A stretch of 63,885 bases of DNA, filler included, from Olpidium bornovanus S191 (GCA_017911155.1; 31 parts of 31 records of this genome joined end to end with filler, not necessarily neighbours in it), one strand, 5' to 3'. Counted from the whole stretch's first letter, positions 34,959 through 49,200 are shown. Translations and numbers: made by a program. Notes: generated by a model not told the origin, from the letters alone.

Positions 34959-37584
34959 CCCACTCCGCTCCCGCGTTTTCCTACACGTCGCGCACTTAGA
35001 TGTCAGCCTCTCGTTCGCGCCCGGGAATTGGCCGAGCCCTTTGCACAAGCAGGAACTCCATCCTGCTCGGCGCGTCATGCTCCAGAACATTTGCAGTTCT
35101 CTTAAAGCCGATCTCGACATAGACGCTTTCTTCCGTTTGCCGTTTTTGTTCCTGCTCTCGCACGCGTCTGCCTTGGGCCAGTGACGGATTACGGTGTTTG
35201 GAGTGAGCTCACCTAAACTAAACCGTGCATTTTTCTGTTAAAGCCCCGCCACCCTCCCCCCTCCACCCCCCCTTTCCCGGCAAGGAGTGCAAACTGCGAT
35301 GACGACGTTCCGCACCCGACCGTCTGCATCAGAGTTGAATGGCCCAACCCGACGGAGGGCGCAGAGAACACTTTCAAGAAGCCTGTGCAGAGCGCCGCGG
35401 AGGGAGAAGGCGTCCGTCAACATTAAGAAGAGCCGCCCCTCCCCCCTCCCCCTCTTCCCCTTTCCCCACCCTCCCCCTTTCCGGCCGCCGTCGAGGAAAA
35501 CCCCGGGAAAATTTGACCTTCAACCTCCTCTTCCTCCATCGCGTTCCACAGGGCGATTCTTCGTCTCGACAGCACTTCGTCCCGGGCGGCTTGCATTTCG
35601 TATCCCGCTAATGACTTCGGCAGCTGCGGGCTGTTTTTTTCATTAATGTACCTGTCCCTGACCACGACTTCGCCCATTTCTTCCTCAAGGTGCGTTACCA
35701 CGCTTGCCACAATGCAGAGGCCGGATCTTGTGGTTAATTGGGAGACGAAGGACAGCAAACGCGGGTACGCCGGCGCGTGCAAGTCGACGTTCATCGCGGA
35801 AGACGATCCCGGGATGTTGGGCGGAGCCGCGGACGGCGTGACCCCCGCGACGTGGTCCCCGAGCCCCGCGCCGAGCCCGAGGATCCCGAGTTCGGGGATG
35901 TCCATCTCCTGCGGCGCGGCGGAAGCGCCTCGTCCGCCAGGAGTTTTTGACGACGCACACTTTGCCCTCCAACGCTTCGTTCCTTTGACCGTTATGAGCG
36001 CAAGAACCTGAGGTCGCCAGATGCGGGTGTATATCATGTCGGCGGGCGGCATGGCGAGAAGCTGCGCGCCGGTGGCTGACGCCCTGGAAAGTTGGGCAAG
36101 CGACGGCGCCCTCGGAGGTTTGGCAGCCAGCGCGGCGACTTCGACCGCTTTTTGGTACATTTCTTTTTCCGTGAACCGCAGATGCAGCAACGCGAGGTGA
36201 AGAAGCAGGCCGTGGACCCCTGCCAGATCCAAGTTTGTTTAATCGAGATGCGGGAAATAGCGCGCGTCTAACTTCGGCGCTTACCGTGGCCGTACGTCCT
36301 GTTTTCCGCGTGAATCTGGACTGCAGCCGAAGAAATTTCAGTTGATCTCCAAACAAAGTAAAACATTTACGGCCGTGGATCAACGTACCCGAGTAGGCAA
36401 TCATCGCGAGAACACATAACGAAAGGACGGTCGCGATCCAGCTGACGTAAAGCATGACAATCATGCAAAGCCAAGTTCCAAACAGCGACGTGGTGCTTTG
36501 GTACCTGAAGCGGAACGCCGGCCGCCAGTTATGGCGAGACTGGGACGCAGGTTCAAAGTCAGCTGCTATGCATCGGACCGGGCTCCAATAAGTTTGAGCC
36601 GACTCACAAAACTACTCAGCAGGTAACAGGCAAGGTTCGTCTGCAGTTTATCTTGTTAGCACCGTTGAAGCCGTCGTCGCAGGAAAAATACAACGGGAAC
36701 CGGCTGCGCACCAACGTATAGCAAAGCAGGAAGGCAAGGCTGACAACCCGAGCCAGGATTTCCAGGTCCGGCAGCAGCACCAAGGGAAGCACCAGCAGAA
36801 CTGTAAACAGCAGCGCCCTCGACGAGGGGTCCACCTTGGATTTGCTGGCGTTTCGCTGCGCGCCCACGCCAAAATTTTGATTTCTGTTAGAGACCAGGAA
36901 CCTCTGGATCCAAGGGACGCAAACCCCTTCCGCCGCGAGGTTCGCCAGGACGGTGCTTGCAGACGAGAGGCAGTGTATTGCGGCGCCGACTCCGACGACG
37001 AACACTCCGATGCGCGGGACGGAAGGAAACGGCCAGGCGATTGACAGTACTATGGTCGTGTCGTTCTGCAGAAGCGGCCAACGAATCGACGCTGCGATCA
37101 GCCCGGTGAGAGCAAGATACAGGGCGAGAGAAAGCGAAACAGCGTAGAGGCCCCCGCGTGGAATTGCCTCGAACGGCTTTTTCAGGTTTCGTGCAAGGTT
37201 GATCCCTGGTTAGGACACGGCCGTTTCTACAATATTAGCCAGATCGACAGCACAAAAACGTCCGGTACGCGCGCGCGGCAGACTCCTACCGGTATATATG
37301 CCGACGAAACAAGGGAATATGAGAACTAGGATGTCTTTGAATCCGTAAATGCCGTGGCTACCTGCACCCTCCGCAAACTTCGGATACAAATTTTCGAGCA
37401 GCGTCGCCGTGCGCGTTCCAGTCACCTCGCCGCCCGCGTGGGACGCCGCAAGAAGTCCAAGAAACATGAAAAAGCAGCAGACTTGGCGGTCGCGGAACGC
37501 TTCTGGCTGTCCCAGCTAGCCGCGAAGTGCCGGTTTGTTTGCCGATGGTGTACCAAGCCTCTCTCCAGTCGCCGCAGCGCCGCG
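34959..37584 (-). CDS. SLC12-type cation-chloride cotransporter (partial at both ends)
   Basis: LLENLYPKF, LIFPCFVGIYTG, AIPRG, PNWRPAFR, RIWRPQVLAL and LLSFVSQLTTRSGLCIVASVV follow the SLC12 motif order. Confidence 0.88.
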
Positions 37585-37684
37585 NNNNNNNNNNNNNNNN
37601 NNNNNNNNNNNNNNNNNNNNNNNNNNNNTTAATTAATTAANNNNNNNNNNNNNNNNNNNNNNNNNNNNNNNNNNNNNNNNNNNN

Positions 37685-37705
37685 CCCCCCCCCCTCTTTT
37701 TTTTT

Positions 37706-37750
<45 letters not shown>

Positions 37751-39220
37751 GGGTTCCCCGCAGACCTCAGTTTCGGCCAAAAGCGCCTCGTCAAGAGCCA
37801 CAGCGGCTCGTCCATGCACAACCTCGCGGGCCCCGCGGCGCCGGTCGCCGCCTTCGGACAGGTGCCGGACGTCGTTCCCGCGGGGTTCTCGGCCAAAGGC
37901 CAGCCGTATTTCCCGCCGCCAGTGTGAGCGCACTCTCCCCGCCTTGATTTTTTTTTTATAACTAGACCGGGGGCGGCTCATTACAAAACACATTTTCTTT
38001 CGCGCGCGCAAACAAAAATCTGTTTACTCTATTTTTTCTTAGAAACCTGCCGCCGGTTCCGGCGGGGTACACCCCGCAATCGACGCCGTACTTCGGCAAG
38101 TCCGCGTCCATCAAACCCGCGCCAGCAGCTCTGACCAACAGGGGCGAGCGGCTGTATTCGGCGGCGGCCGGCGGGGGCAGCAGACCGGCGACGGCGGTCG
38201 AGAGCGACGGCGGCACGTAGTTTTTTTTGGGGAAAGGGGGAAGGAAAATCGCCGGTGGCACATCCATTTTTTATTTTATTTTTTTTTGGGAGCTGGGGTG
38301 GCCGCACTTTAGTTTTCGCGCCGGTCGCTTTTGACATCCCACGCGCGTGTTTCGTCGTCTCCATCATCAGGCCGCTCCGCCGCGCCGTGTACCCCCGCCA
38401 CCGGGTGGGAAGGGGGGGGGGGGGTTGGGATGTCTAAAAGAAAAAAATAAAGCCCTGTTCTTTGTCCGGGAGCGGGGAAGAGACAAACCAAGAAAAAGAG
38501 ATGGCCAGGGTTGTTCGGGCCTCCTCCCCCCCCCCCTTCTTCCCCCCCCCCCCCCCTTTTTGCCTTTTCTTTCCCTCTTCGCCTGCGTGACGGTTTTCGC
38601 GCGACACCGCCGTCCGTCCCCGTTTGCCCTGCGCGGCCGCGGACGCGCAAAGAATCAAAAAATGGCCGGAACTCACGCGGTCCGTCCGGCTCCCAACATT
38701 CCCCCCTGGGACAACGGCCAGGCGGCCTTTGAAGGGGCTGCGGTCAATCCCCCCTCCCCCGATGTTGCACACCTTCGTGACCACGCTCCCCGTGACGCCG
38801 ATTGCTCTACGTCGGGCGCCCGTCGTGCTCAAAAGCCCCGCCGAAAACGAACGCCGAGAAACGCCCCGCGGTGCGCGGCAGGAAGACGTTCCGCAGACTA
38901 CGCTCCTCCGCGGCGAAAAAAAAAAAAAATAAAATCGCGGCGGCGCGACCATGGTGAACGGCCCCCTCCCAAGCACCCCATTCCTCCCCCCCCCACCTGT
39001 TAGAAATAAAGAACCGAGCCACTGTGGCACTGCGCGCACCGGCCCGGAGATTTTCCTTCTATGTAAAACTCGGCAGATCGGCGGAATACAGAAGCTCTTT
39101 GAGCTCCTCTCAAAACTCATATTCTACAGGTTATGAGCCCAAACCGTTGACCCCCCGTCCAACCATCACCACTCGCCGCTCGCCGTCCGTCGGCGCTTGC
39201 GAAGAAAAGCCGTCCGTCGG
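37685..39220 (+). CDS. Possible multi-exon hypothetical protein fragment
   Basis: Complex-sequence blocks between homopolymer tracts with AG/GT edges. No family; strand and frames uncertain. Confidence 0.25.
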
Positions 39221-39454
39221 NNNNNNNNNNNNNNNNNNNNNNNNNNNNNNNNNNNNNNNNNNNNTTAATTAATTAANNNNNNNNNNNNNNNNNNNNNNNN
39301 NNNNNNNNNNNNNNNNNNNNAAAAAAAAAACGAAAAAAAGAAAAAAAACCAAAAAAACGAAATATAAAACGAAAAAATAAAAAGTAAAAAAAAAAGCCAA
39401 AAGCAGAAAATCGCAAACGAAAAACACACAAAAATTAAAAACAAAAAAAAATTA

Positions 39455-40348
<894 letters not shown>

Positions 40349-40468
40349 TTAGAAAGACGGGGGAGAAAAAACGGAGGGAGAGAAGCGGAAGGGGGGGGGG
40401 AAGCGGCGAAAAAGGCGCGGGCGGGCGCGTCTCTCTTTCTTTCTTTCTTTCTCTCTCTGCTCTCTCTG

Positions 40469-40560
<92 letters not shown>

Positions 40561-41230
40561 NNNNNNNNNNNNNNNNNNNNNNNNNNNNNNNNNNNNNNNN
40601 NNNNTTAATTAATTAANNNNNNNNNNNNNNNNNNNNNNNNNNNNNNNNNNNNNNNNNNNNCATGGGGCAAGCCTAGTTCAGATCCTGGTGACGGAAAAAG
40701 ATTGGGTTGCGTTTCCGCTCGACGCCAAGGAAGAAGCGCGGATGTCGCACGATTGCGCGGTGTTTGCGCAGTGGGAAGAGGTCGCGTGCGAATACAGGGC
40801 AGGTGCATTCGCAACCTTTGGGGGGTCTGTAACGTAGCCTCCGGTGCTACATCCCTCCGGTTGGCTGACTTGGCCCTTGCCCCGGCTCCGCCGCGCCCAC
40901 CTAAACCAGAAAAGGTGCACACGTTGTACGCGGCTCTTCCCGGATTTGCTCTCTGAACAGCAACGGGTGATCTGAGGCGGCGCGTGTCCGCATGACCGCA
41001 CACATATCGCAGATCGGCGATAATCCCGTGTCCGTTATCACAAACACAAATCCGCCTCCTTTTTGTCACCTCTTCTGGGCTCAGTCTCCGGAAACTCCGA
41101 CGTGGAAAGGAGACAAGCTTCGTTGCCATGCAGCAGATCCCGAAAAGTTACAGCAAATGCGTGTTGAGACAGTACAGAGAACTTATATGAGTGGAGGGCT
41201 TTATACAATGCGTACCGAGGAACTTGTCCA

Positions 41231-42485
41231 TCACGTCGACGCTATAGGTTCGATCGGCATAGGCTCTAACGACTCTGCACGCCCTTCCCTAGCCGCGGGT
41301 GCATCCTCTCTCCGAAGGCGTGTCATCGGTATGTTGTCGAGGTAGTTCAGGTCGCCCTGCCACCCTCGAAACAGGGCCAGCACTTTTGGAATCGTCACGT
41401 CCGGAAGCTCTGGATCACCGAAATGAGGGTGCAAGTCAGGCGAAAGGCAAAGGACTGTGGCGGGGTCGACAAGCCACGCCAGAGGGCAAACCCTCGCCGT
41501 GACAAAGCATTTAAAAAATTGCCACTCACCAAATCCGCCGGCGTACTCGGCCCTCTCGGCTGACTGCACGATCTGTATTGCGTCCTCCCGCGCCGCCTTC
41601 GGCCGCGGCCGGCCCACCCGGTGCGAGAGTCGGAGGGTCCGAAGTTCTTCATCAAACCGAGCAAGATATCTGAAAAATGTGGACCAAAACCGGGAGTTGG
41701 TTAGCCCACGGCCGGCTTCCAGGCGTACGCGAGGGAAAGTGGGGGCAAGGGGGGGAGGGATTTGAGCAAGTCCACTGAAAGCCCCTACCGTTCAACGAGC
41801 TCATGTATCTGCGCCCTGGTGAGGAACGGCGAAGAAGCGCCAATCGCATCTTTGAACCAGAGCAGCCTCTCCACTGTTGCGATTTGCGGACCAAATCGCG
41901 TGCGGGACGCAACGACGACAATCGGGAAAATGAAATTCGGTCAGTGACAAAGCAGAAACCCCGTCCCCGCCCCCTTCATTCCTCTTCCGGCGGCCCGACC
42001 TCCCTCGGCGCCCGCCAGCCGCGGTTGCGCGAGCCGGATTTCACGCGCAAAAAAGGGTGAGGTAAAGGAAAGGCGAGAGAGAGGAAGCTCGTGAACGCAC
42101 CGCGCGGCGTCTTCGCCTCCGTCTTGCGCGCCGCGTTCCGCTTCAGCCGGTCCGACCGCGCCACGGACCGAGTCAGCTGCCTCGCCTTCCTCGAGCTGGG
42201 GTGCACGGCGTCGCCGAGCTTGATGTTTTTCGCATTAATCTTGCGGTTATTCGGCTGCGAAACGCACGGAACAAAAAAAAAAAGAATAACGGGGTGAGCG
42301 CGGGCGGGGCGGTGAGAGCGACAGGACAGGAAGGGAGAAGGGGGTTGGGGCCGGCGGGCATTTTTTTTCTTTTTTACAAAAAGGAAATGCAGAGCGGCCG
42401 CCGCGCGCAACCGCCACCTCGAGCGAGCGCACAGGCCGGGGGTGAGAGAGGGGTCTGGTGTCGGCGGCGCCCTGAGGCGTACCAT
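41231..42485 (-). CDS. TMA16: Translation machinery-associated protein 16
   Basis: VHPSSRKARQLTR, RLLWFKDAI, ARFDEELRTL..GRPRP..REDAI, EYAGGF-ELPDVT..FRGWQGDLNYL. The first coding exon appears to be ATG alone (42485-42483). Confidence 0.88.
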
Positions 42486-43015
42486 GGTTTCCCGCAGAAG
42501 ACGCTTCCTGTGGTGGAACAATTCGAGGGTGGCGTTCAGGGGGCGACGGCTCGCGAGCCCTCCGCCCGTTTTGCCGCCACGCCGGGCTGTCTCGTGGTTG
42601 CACGTGACTAACGATTGGGCGGGAAAAAGCGCCGCCCTCACCATCATAGCACTGCCACATTTGACCTCAACTCAGCCCAGCACGACAACTGTCGAGGGCA
42701 TCCCAGCTTCTACTCCGCGCCATCCAATTTTGGGAGGACAATCTCGAGACAGTTCGGAACGCGGCAGGAAAAAGACGATGAGCTGCTGAAGCTTCACGGA
42801 AACTTGCCTAACGCATCCGAGACGTCTTGATGCAAGCATAGGGTCTTGAGACTAACATAGATGTTGAAGGGGCTCGGCTGTGTACAAAAAAGGCAGGCAC
42901 GCCTCGCGCTACATGNNNNNNNNNNNNNNNNNNNNNNNNNNNNNNNNNNNNNNNNNNNNTTAATTAATTAANNNNNNNNNNNNNNNNNNNNNNNNNNNNN
43001 NNNNNNNNNNNNNNN

Positions 43016-44090
43016 CAGTTGATACGCCATAGAGTCGTCGTCGTCGAGGTCAACGTCTTCCGCGTACGCAGCGTCCGCAACATCCGCGTTGCTGTCCCGC
43101 AACGTTTGCGGACCGGAGGGTCGCCGTTGGTGCATGCCGTGCTGCTGCTGTGGCTTCTTGGACCTGGACGCCCCGGGCGGCCCGAACGAGGACGACGCCG
43201 CTGCTCCGCTGCGGCGGCCAGCGGCATCGGACTCGGCGGGGCCGGGGGTTTTCGCCGGACTGAGGTGGGCCGGTCCGCAAGCTGCCGACGACTTCCGGAA
43301 GCCGTTCTGCACCTTGGAGAGAGGTTTCCGCTTCGGTGACGGGGGCGAAGCACGCGCTTTGCGGGCGCTATGATTGTCGTCCGCGTGGGATTCGCCGGCC
43401 TTCGCGTGGTGCGCGTCGGGAAGAGGTTTGGCTTCGTGGTTTTTGGCGTGAGGGCCGGCGTCGCGGTCTTCCTCCGCGTCCTTTTCGTCGTCGCCGGGAA
43501 GGTCCGCGTCTTCCCTTTTTTTCCGGCGCTGGAGCTCGAAGGCCTTCTTTACGTCCAGCGGTCGGGGCAGGCAGCGCTCGCACAGGTATACGTTTGGGAC
43601 CGACTCTACGGCCACGCCCACGCACTGGCCATGCTGCCAGACGTAACATCTCTCGCACTGGATGGTGAAGCCGTCGTCGTGGTCAAAGCCGCAGATGCAA
43701 CGGATGACCGAGTCCTCTTCGTCGGTCGTCGTTGTCGCGTTCCCGTCATCGTGAGTGCGGCCGGGGGGCTGTTGTCGGTGCTGCTGCTGGTGTTGCCGCT
43801 GCCCGCAGGACGGGTTTGCCGCGGTGTCCAGCCGGCTGCCTGCACCCGCGAAGGACGACCGCTGCAGTTCCAAAACGCGCGCCTGCTGATAATGTCGCTG
43901 GTGCTGTTGCGGCTGCTGCGGCGGCGGCGCCCGCGGCAGCTCCTTCGGGTAAGAGTCGTGTTCGCTCCCGGCAGTGACGTACCCCTTCGGAGGAGGCGTT
44001 TTCAGCACCAGCCCCGGCGGGTCGCCGATACCCGGTGTGGAGGATTGCAGCCTTGCTTCGCGCGCCAAAACCGCGACCTCGTCGAGCTGC
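43016..44090 (-). CDS. Set3/Set4/MLL5-type PHD-finger protein, 3'-partial (start uncertain)
   Basis: SVIRCICGFDHDDGFTIQCERCYVWQHGQCVG..YLCERCLPRPLD is the Set3-type PHD finger. The SET domain is not within the contig. Confidence 0.9.
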
Positions 44091-44877
44091 GGAGAGGGAA
44101 GGAAAGCAGAAAAGGAGGGGAAGGGGGGACACCAGAGCGAGGCCGTCGCGTCACCGAAAACGCCCCGTGCCGGATTCCAGCGGCAACGGAACAAAGCAAG
44201 ATAAGGGCGCACGGCAGAAAGTGCCCGCGCGTCAGCGCCTGGCCTTCCCGCCCTCCCCGGATTTCCCGCGCGCAAAGGGAAAGCAGCAAAATGAGGTTCC
44301 GCCCTCCGGACGGGAAACAGAAAGAGAGAGACGGCGGAAAAAGGGGGCTCGCGCGGGGAACGGGCCGGGAAGAAGCGTGCTGCGGGTGCAGGGGGGCGCG
44401 CGCGGTTGGGGGGTTTTTTTTTTCCTTTCTTCTTCTTCTTCTTTCTTCTTCTTTTCGCCACGCACCTTCGGGCTTGGGCTCGTCAGCATGTACGCGCCGG
44501 CGTTTGCCTTCAGCGGGGCAGCCTTCCCCCCGCGGCCGTCTCCTTCCGTCCTTTCGTTCCCGTGCGGCGGCTGCCCCTCGCGGGCCTCGGAGAGCGAGCC
44601 TCGAGGCGGGGCTCCCGAACGTCCCGACAGGGTGGGGGAAGGGGGGGTGAGAACGCGGACGATGAGGGAAGAGCGAGAAGTGGGAAAAGCGCGCAGAGGG
44701 ACCCCGGGGGGNNNNNNNNNNNNNNNNNNNNNNNNNNNNNNNNNNNNNNNNNNNNTTAATTAATTAANNNNNNNNNNNNNNNNNNNNNNNNNNNNNNNNN
44801 NNNNNNNNNNNGCATGTACTAAAGAAAAAAAGCAAATTACGAATAAATATGAGCAGAAGTAAAATTCAATAGATCTA

Positions 44878-45009
44878 CGCGCCGGGTACGGGTATGGGTA
44901 CGGGTTTCGCTGAAGCTGCTCGGGTACGGGTACGGGTTCTTCAAACCGCCACGGGTGCGGGTTACGGTTTAGGCAAAACCTGTACCCGCCCCCGCGGGTA
45001 GGAACCCTA
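44878..45009. mobile_element. Probable terminus of a hAT-like DNA transposon/MITE
   Basis: Clustered CGGGTA/CGGGT(T) motifs end in GGAACCCTA, whose reverse complement TAGGGTTCC resembles the Ac-type TAGGGATG terminus. The other end is not in the contig. Confidence 0.5.
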
Positions 45010-45965
45010 GTTGTGATGCGACTGATTCCCAAAACAGCTATAATTTTGTGATTTTTTTTTTGGTTTTTTTCTTTTTTTGAAAAAAAAAAAACACGAAACA
45101 AAAAAGGGCGGGCTGGGGGAACAAAATTTTTTTCTGGTTTTCTAATTATATAGTTTTTATGGTTTTTTTTTAAGAAAAAGAGCACGTAACAAGAAAGGGA
45201 AGGGGGGGGGGGGCATATATCTTTTTATGTTTTTCTGATTTTATGACTTTTTTGGTTTTTTTTTTTATAAAACAAAGAACAAAAGGCACAGAATAAGCAG
45301 AAGGGGGTCACTGAAAAAAGGTTGATTGGATATGCCGCACCGTTCTTGGCGAGTTTGTTGAGTATGGCAAACTTCGAACTCCGGCTAAGCGACACCGAGG
45401 GCGAGGACTAAGGATCCGCGGCGGGGCTGAAAAAAAAAAAGGAAAAAAAAAGGCGCGGAAGGAGGAGTGTTCACGCCTTTAATGCCTGCGGGGGAGGGGG
45501 ACGGGGACGGGGGGACAAACCGGCGGCGTCCGCGCAATGAATTGCGGATGATGTTGGACGCACCAACGTGACAAAGAAAAACAGAAAAGAAAAGGCCCCC
45601 CCGCCAGAAAACTCCCCCCCCCCCCCTTCACCCCCGCTCGGGGGAGGGGGGTTTTTTTTTATTACCTGTTTGTCGGCGCCGCTGCCCTTCATCACAGGCG
45701 CCGCACGCTCCGGGAGCAGCGGCGTTAACCCCGGCACGCGGGACCTGGCAGAACCGGGCGACGCCGAGCGACAGCGCAAAGTGCCGCCGCCCGACGGCCC
45801 GCGCCGCAGCGCGTCGAGTGACTGCGCGCGGGAGCGCTTAAAACGCAAAAAAAACCAGCAAAAAAAGAAACACAGGGAGAGACGATCAGCGCAGTTCGAA
45901 ACGACCCCGGAAACCACCCGTTATCCGCCGGCGGGACTTGTGCGGAATGATGGGGGAAGGAGGGA

Positions 45966-46002
<37 letters not shown>

Positions 46003-46692
46003 GGGACGCACGCCGGACCGGGAAGAGTTGTTTTTTTTTTTCGTCAACGAGACAAAACGTTAGCGCTGTTTGTCCCCTCCCCGGCCGCCGGTTATTTTTT
46101 TCCTTTTTTTTTTTCGAAACAAAAAAAACTTCGACGAGGCGGGGGTTTTTTTCGTCTTTTCGGAAAACGGCGTTCTCGCACCACCTCCTCCCCCACTCCA
46201 CCCTATCCCCCCCCCCACACCGCGAACTGCCTTTACCGTCGCGGGCCGGATAACTTTGACTCCGCCCTTGAAAAAGGGGGGGGGGAAGGAAAATAATAGG
46301 TCAGGATCGCGCTGCCGTTCTCGTTTAGCCGGAAAATGGAGTTGGGGGAAGGGGGGGGAGGGAAGGGGGAAAAAGGAGCGAGTCGGCGATTTACACTTAC
46401 CGTACAAAGCCCCTTCAGATCCGGAGACTGAAAGTTGCACCGGCCGAACAAGAGCGCTTAGTAAACCGCCCTCTCTGCCCGCCCGTATTCCACTCCCCAC
46501 TTCCCTTCCCCCCCCACCCGGCACCCCCCGGGCCCCTCCCCCCCGATGACAATTCGATTGACTTTACAAACACCCCGTCCCGCAAAAAAAACCCTCTCTT
46601 TCGCCGAAAACCACGTCCAGTCGCTTACATCGCCCGCGATCACGCTTTTGTTGCCGACGACGGCCTGGGCGCGCGGTCCAAACATCGAGGTT

Positions 46693-46732
<40 letters not shown>

Positions 46733-46967
46733 CCGCGGAGCACAACAGGGGGTTGCGTGTTTTCACAAAAATGANNNNNNNNNNNNNNNNNNNNNNNNNN
46801 NNNNNNNNNNNNNNNNNNTTAATTAATTAANNNNNNNNNNNNNNNNNNNNNNNNNNNNNNNNNNNNNNNNNNNNAAGCCTTCCGAAGACACACCCGCTAC
46901 CCCACATTTTTCTTCCAATTGGCAAGTATCATTGTGGGAGTGGTGCGGGGGAAAGGGCCGACGTTCG

Positions 46968-49200
46968 CTAACGAACGCGATTGATGCCGGACATGTTGTC
47001 CAGACAGATCAGATAGACGCGCGGTTTCAGTCTTTTTACCGTACGAAACTTCTTTCCGAAACTGACGCAAAACATTCAGACCCTGCCCCGTCCACCGCCC
47101 GGATTGTCCGCCGGACGGCAACCGAGCGCGCGCGCAGGACCCGTTCTCGGGCCGACGGCGGAGGACGGGGAAGAGAGGGAGAGAGGAGGGGGAAGGGGGA
47201 AAGGAAATTGCATTTGGCCATGTCATACAAAAAGGAAAGGAATTGCGGGGCATTACGGCGGACTGCGGAGAGGAAGGGAAAAGGGGGGGGGGTTTGGGCG
47301 CGGGGTGGATCGTTGCGGTGGCTTTCTCCGTGCCGTACACGTTCGCGACCAGCCCACGACGCACCCGCCCTCACGTTCATTTTAACACTTGACCTCCCCC
47401 CCCCCCCCCCCCCCCTTCCTTCCCCCGGGGTGGGAAAAAGAAAGTCAGTTCTTGCCCTTGAACGACCCCTCGTTGCTCCGGAGGTACGCCGGCACGGTGA
47501 CGGGGACGCGGCCGGTGATGTCGCGGACGTCGTTCGTGACCACGTCCATCTGGTGTTCCTGGGCTAGCTCGAAGCGGTTCAGCATGATCTCCCGCTCGAC
47601 CTTGGACGTGTACTTGACGTCGATCCCGCCGGCGCCGGCCGACGACGGCCGCCCGGCCGCGGGACGGTCGCCGGGGGCCCGGCCGAAATTCGAGGCCAGG
47701 AAACGGGCCCACCAGCCGCCGCCGTCGCCGCCGCCGCGGTCCGGAGCCGCCGCCTTCTTGCTCCTGTCGATCTCCCGCTGGACGATCCCGCGCGCCTCGT
47801 CCGTCGTGATCGCCGCGAACTTGACGCCTCGCTCGTCGAACGCCACCCCCGTCATCTGCGCCAGCGATATGCCGTTGATCGCCCCGCCCCCCGTGAGCGT
47901 GTACACCCGGTCGGCGTGCGCCCTGTCCATCGTCTTCGGCGTCATGATGACGGCGGAGGCTGCGACGCGGGCGGGGGGGAGGGGGGGGGGGAGAAAAGTA
48001 CATAAAAACCAAAAAAGATTCGGCCCCCCCCCCTTCCCCCCCTCTCCCCCCCCCCGCGGCCCAAGCCGGTTCACACGCCGAAAGTCAAAAGCCGAGGGCC
48101 GGAGGTGGGGAAGGGGTTCATCTTTTCCCGTTTTTTTTTTGCTTTGTTTTTGCTTACCGAAAACCACGTCCTCCTTGAATGAGACGGGGGCGAAACTCCC
48201 GTCTCCGGTCGGGAGCCTCCAGGTTTTCTCATGCCGGACGGCGCGGCCAAAATAGTCCAAGTCTTCCATCGGGACCTGCACGCGCAGGACGCAGTTCATC
48301 GTGGGGAACTGCGTGCGCACCTGCAAAAAAAAAAAAAAAAAAAGGGGGGGGGGCCCCGCGCGTATAAAAAAGGGTGTCGACTCGGACGCGTTAAAAAAAA
48401 AAAAACAATCCCGCGTCTTCTCTATCTTTCCCTCCCTCTCACTCTCGACGGAGATTACGGACAAAAAGAAGGAAAGCCCGAGGGGGAGAGGGGGAAGGGG
48501 CAAACAAACCGACCGCGTCTTCGCACGCCTTCAGGTCGGAGAGCGGGACCTTCGGGCTGTCGGCGCCGACCGACGACAGCAGCAGGACGTTCCGGCCGCG
48601 GTTCTCCTTGTAGGACTTGAGGAAGACCGTCACCTCGTCGGGCCGGTGGAAGGTGTTCCCAAACGGGACGAGGCACATCCAGTCGATGCGGTAGTCGCGG
48701 ATGACGCGCGCCAGCTCCTCGTCGGTCTCCGTGTAGATGCGGTGGAAGTCCACGTACTCGACCTTGCAGTTGTCAGGCAGCTCGGAAGACGGTTCCTCCC
48801 CCTCATCATCCTCCTCCGTCTCCGACGACGCCGCCGCCGCTTCCCCGCCTTCCGCGCGCCGCCCCGGCGCCGCGCCGGAGGTGCCCGAAGCCGATTCTCT
48901 GTACCGGTCGTCGACCAGCCCGACTATCGTGTCAAAGTTCCTCGTGTGCATCTGGCAAAGAAACCGTTCCAGCATGCTGCCTGTGCGATGCGTGCGGCGT
49001 TTGCGAAAGGGGTGCGGGGACAAAGAAAAAGTAAAGAAAACCAGACCCGCCCGGTTCATCCGCCCCTCCTTCTCCCGCGTTCAAAAAAAAAAACCGCGGG
49101 ATCATGGGCCGTGAACGTACCGTAACGTCCGTCGCCCATCACAATAAGCACGCGGGACTTCTCGGCCGGTTCCTCCTCGTCTGCGGCGGCTCCGCCCCGC
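46968..49200 (-). CDS. NmrA-like / atypical SDR NAD(P)-binding protein (start uncertain)
   Basis: RVLIVMGDGRYG Rossmann-like start, VLLLSSVGAD, GDGSFAPVSFKEDVVAASAVIM, VYTLTGG and VTNDVRDITGRVPVTVPAYLRSN follow the NmrA-like layout. Confidence 0.72.

Noticed and set aside
40661-41230. Plus-strand gene end converging on TMA16
   Set aside because: Short open blocks with possible splice sites, but no family signal and an ambiguous frame.
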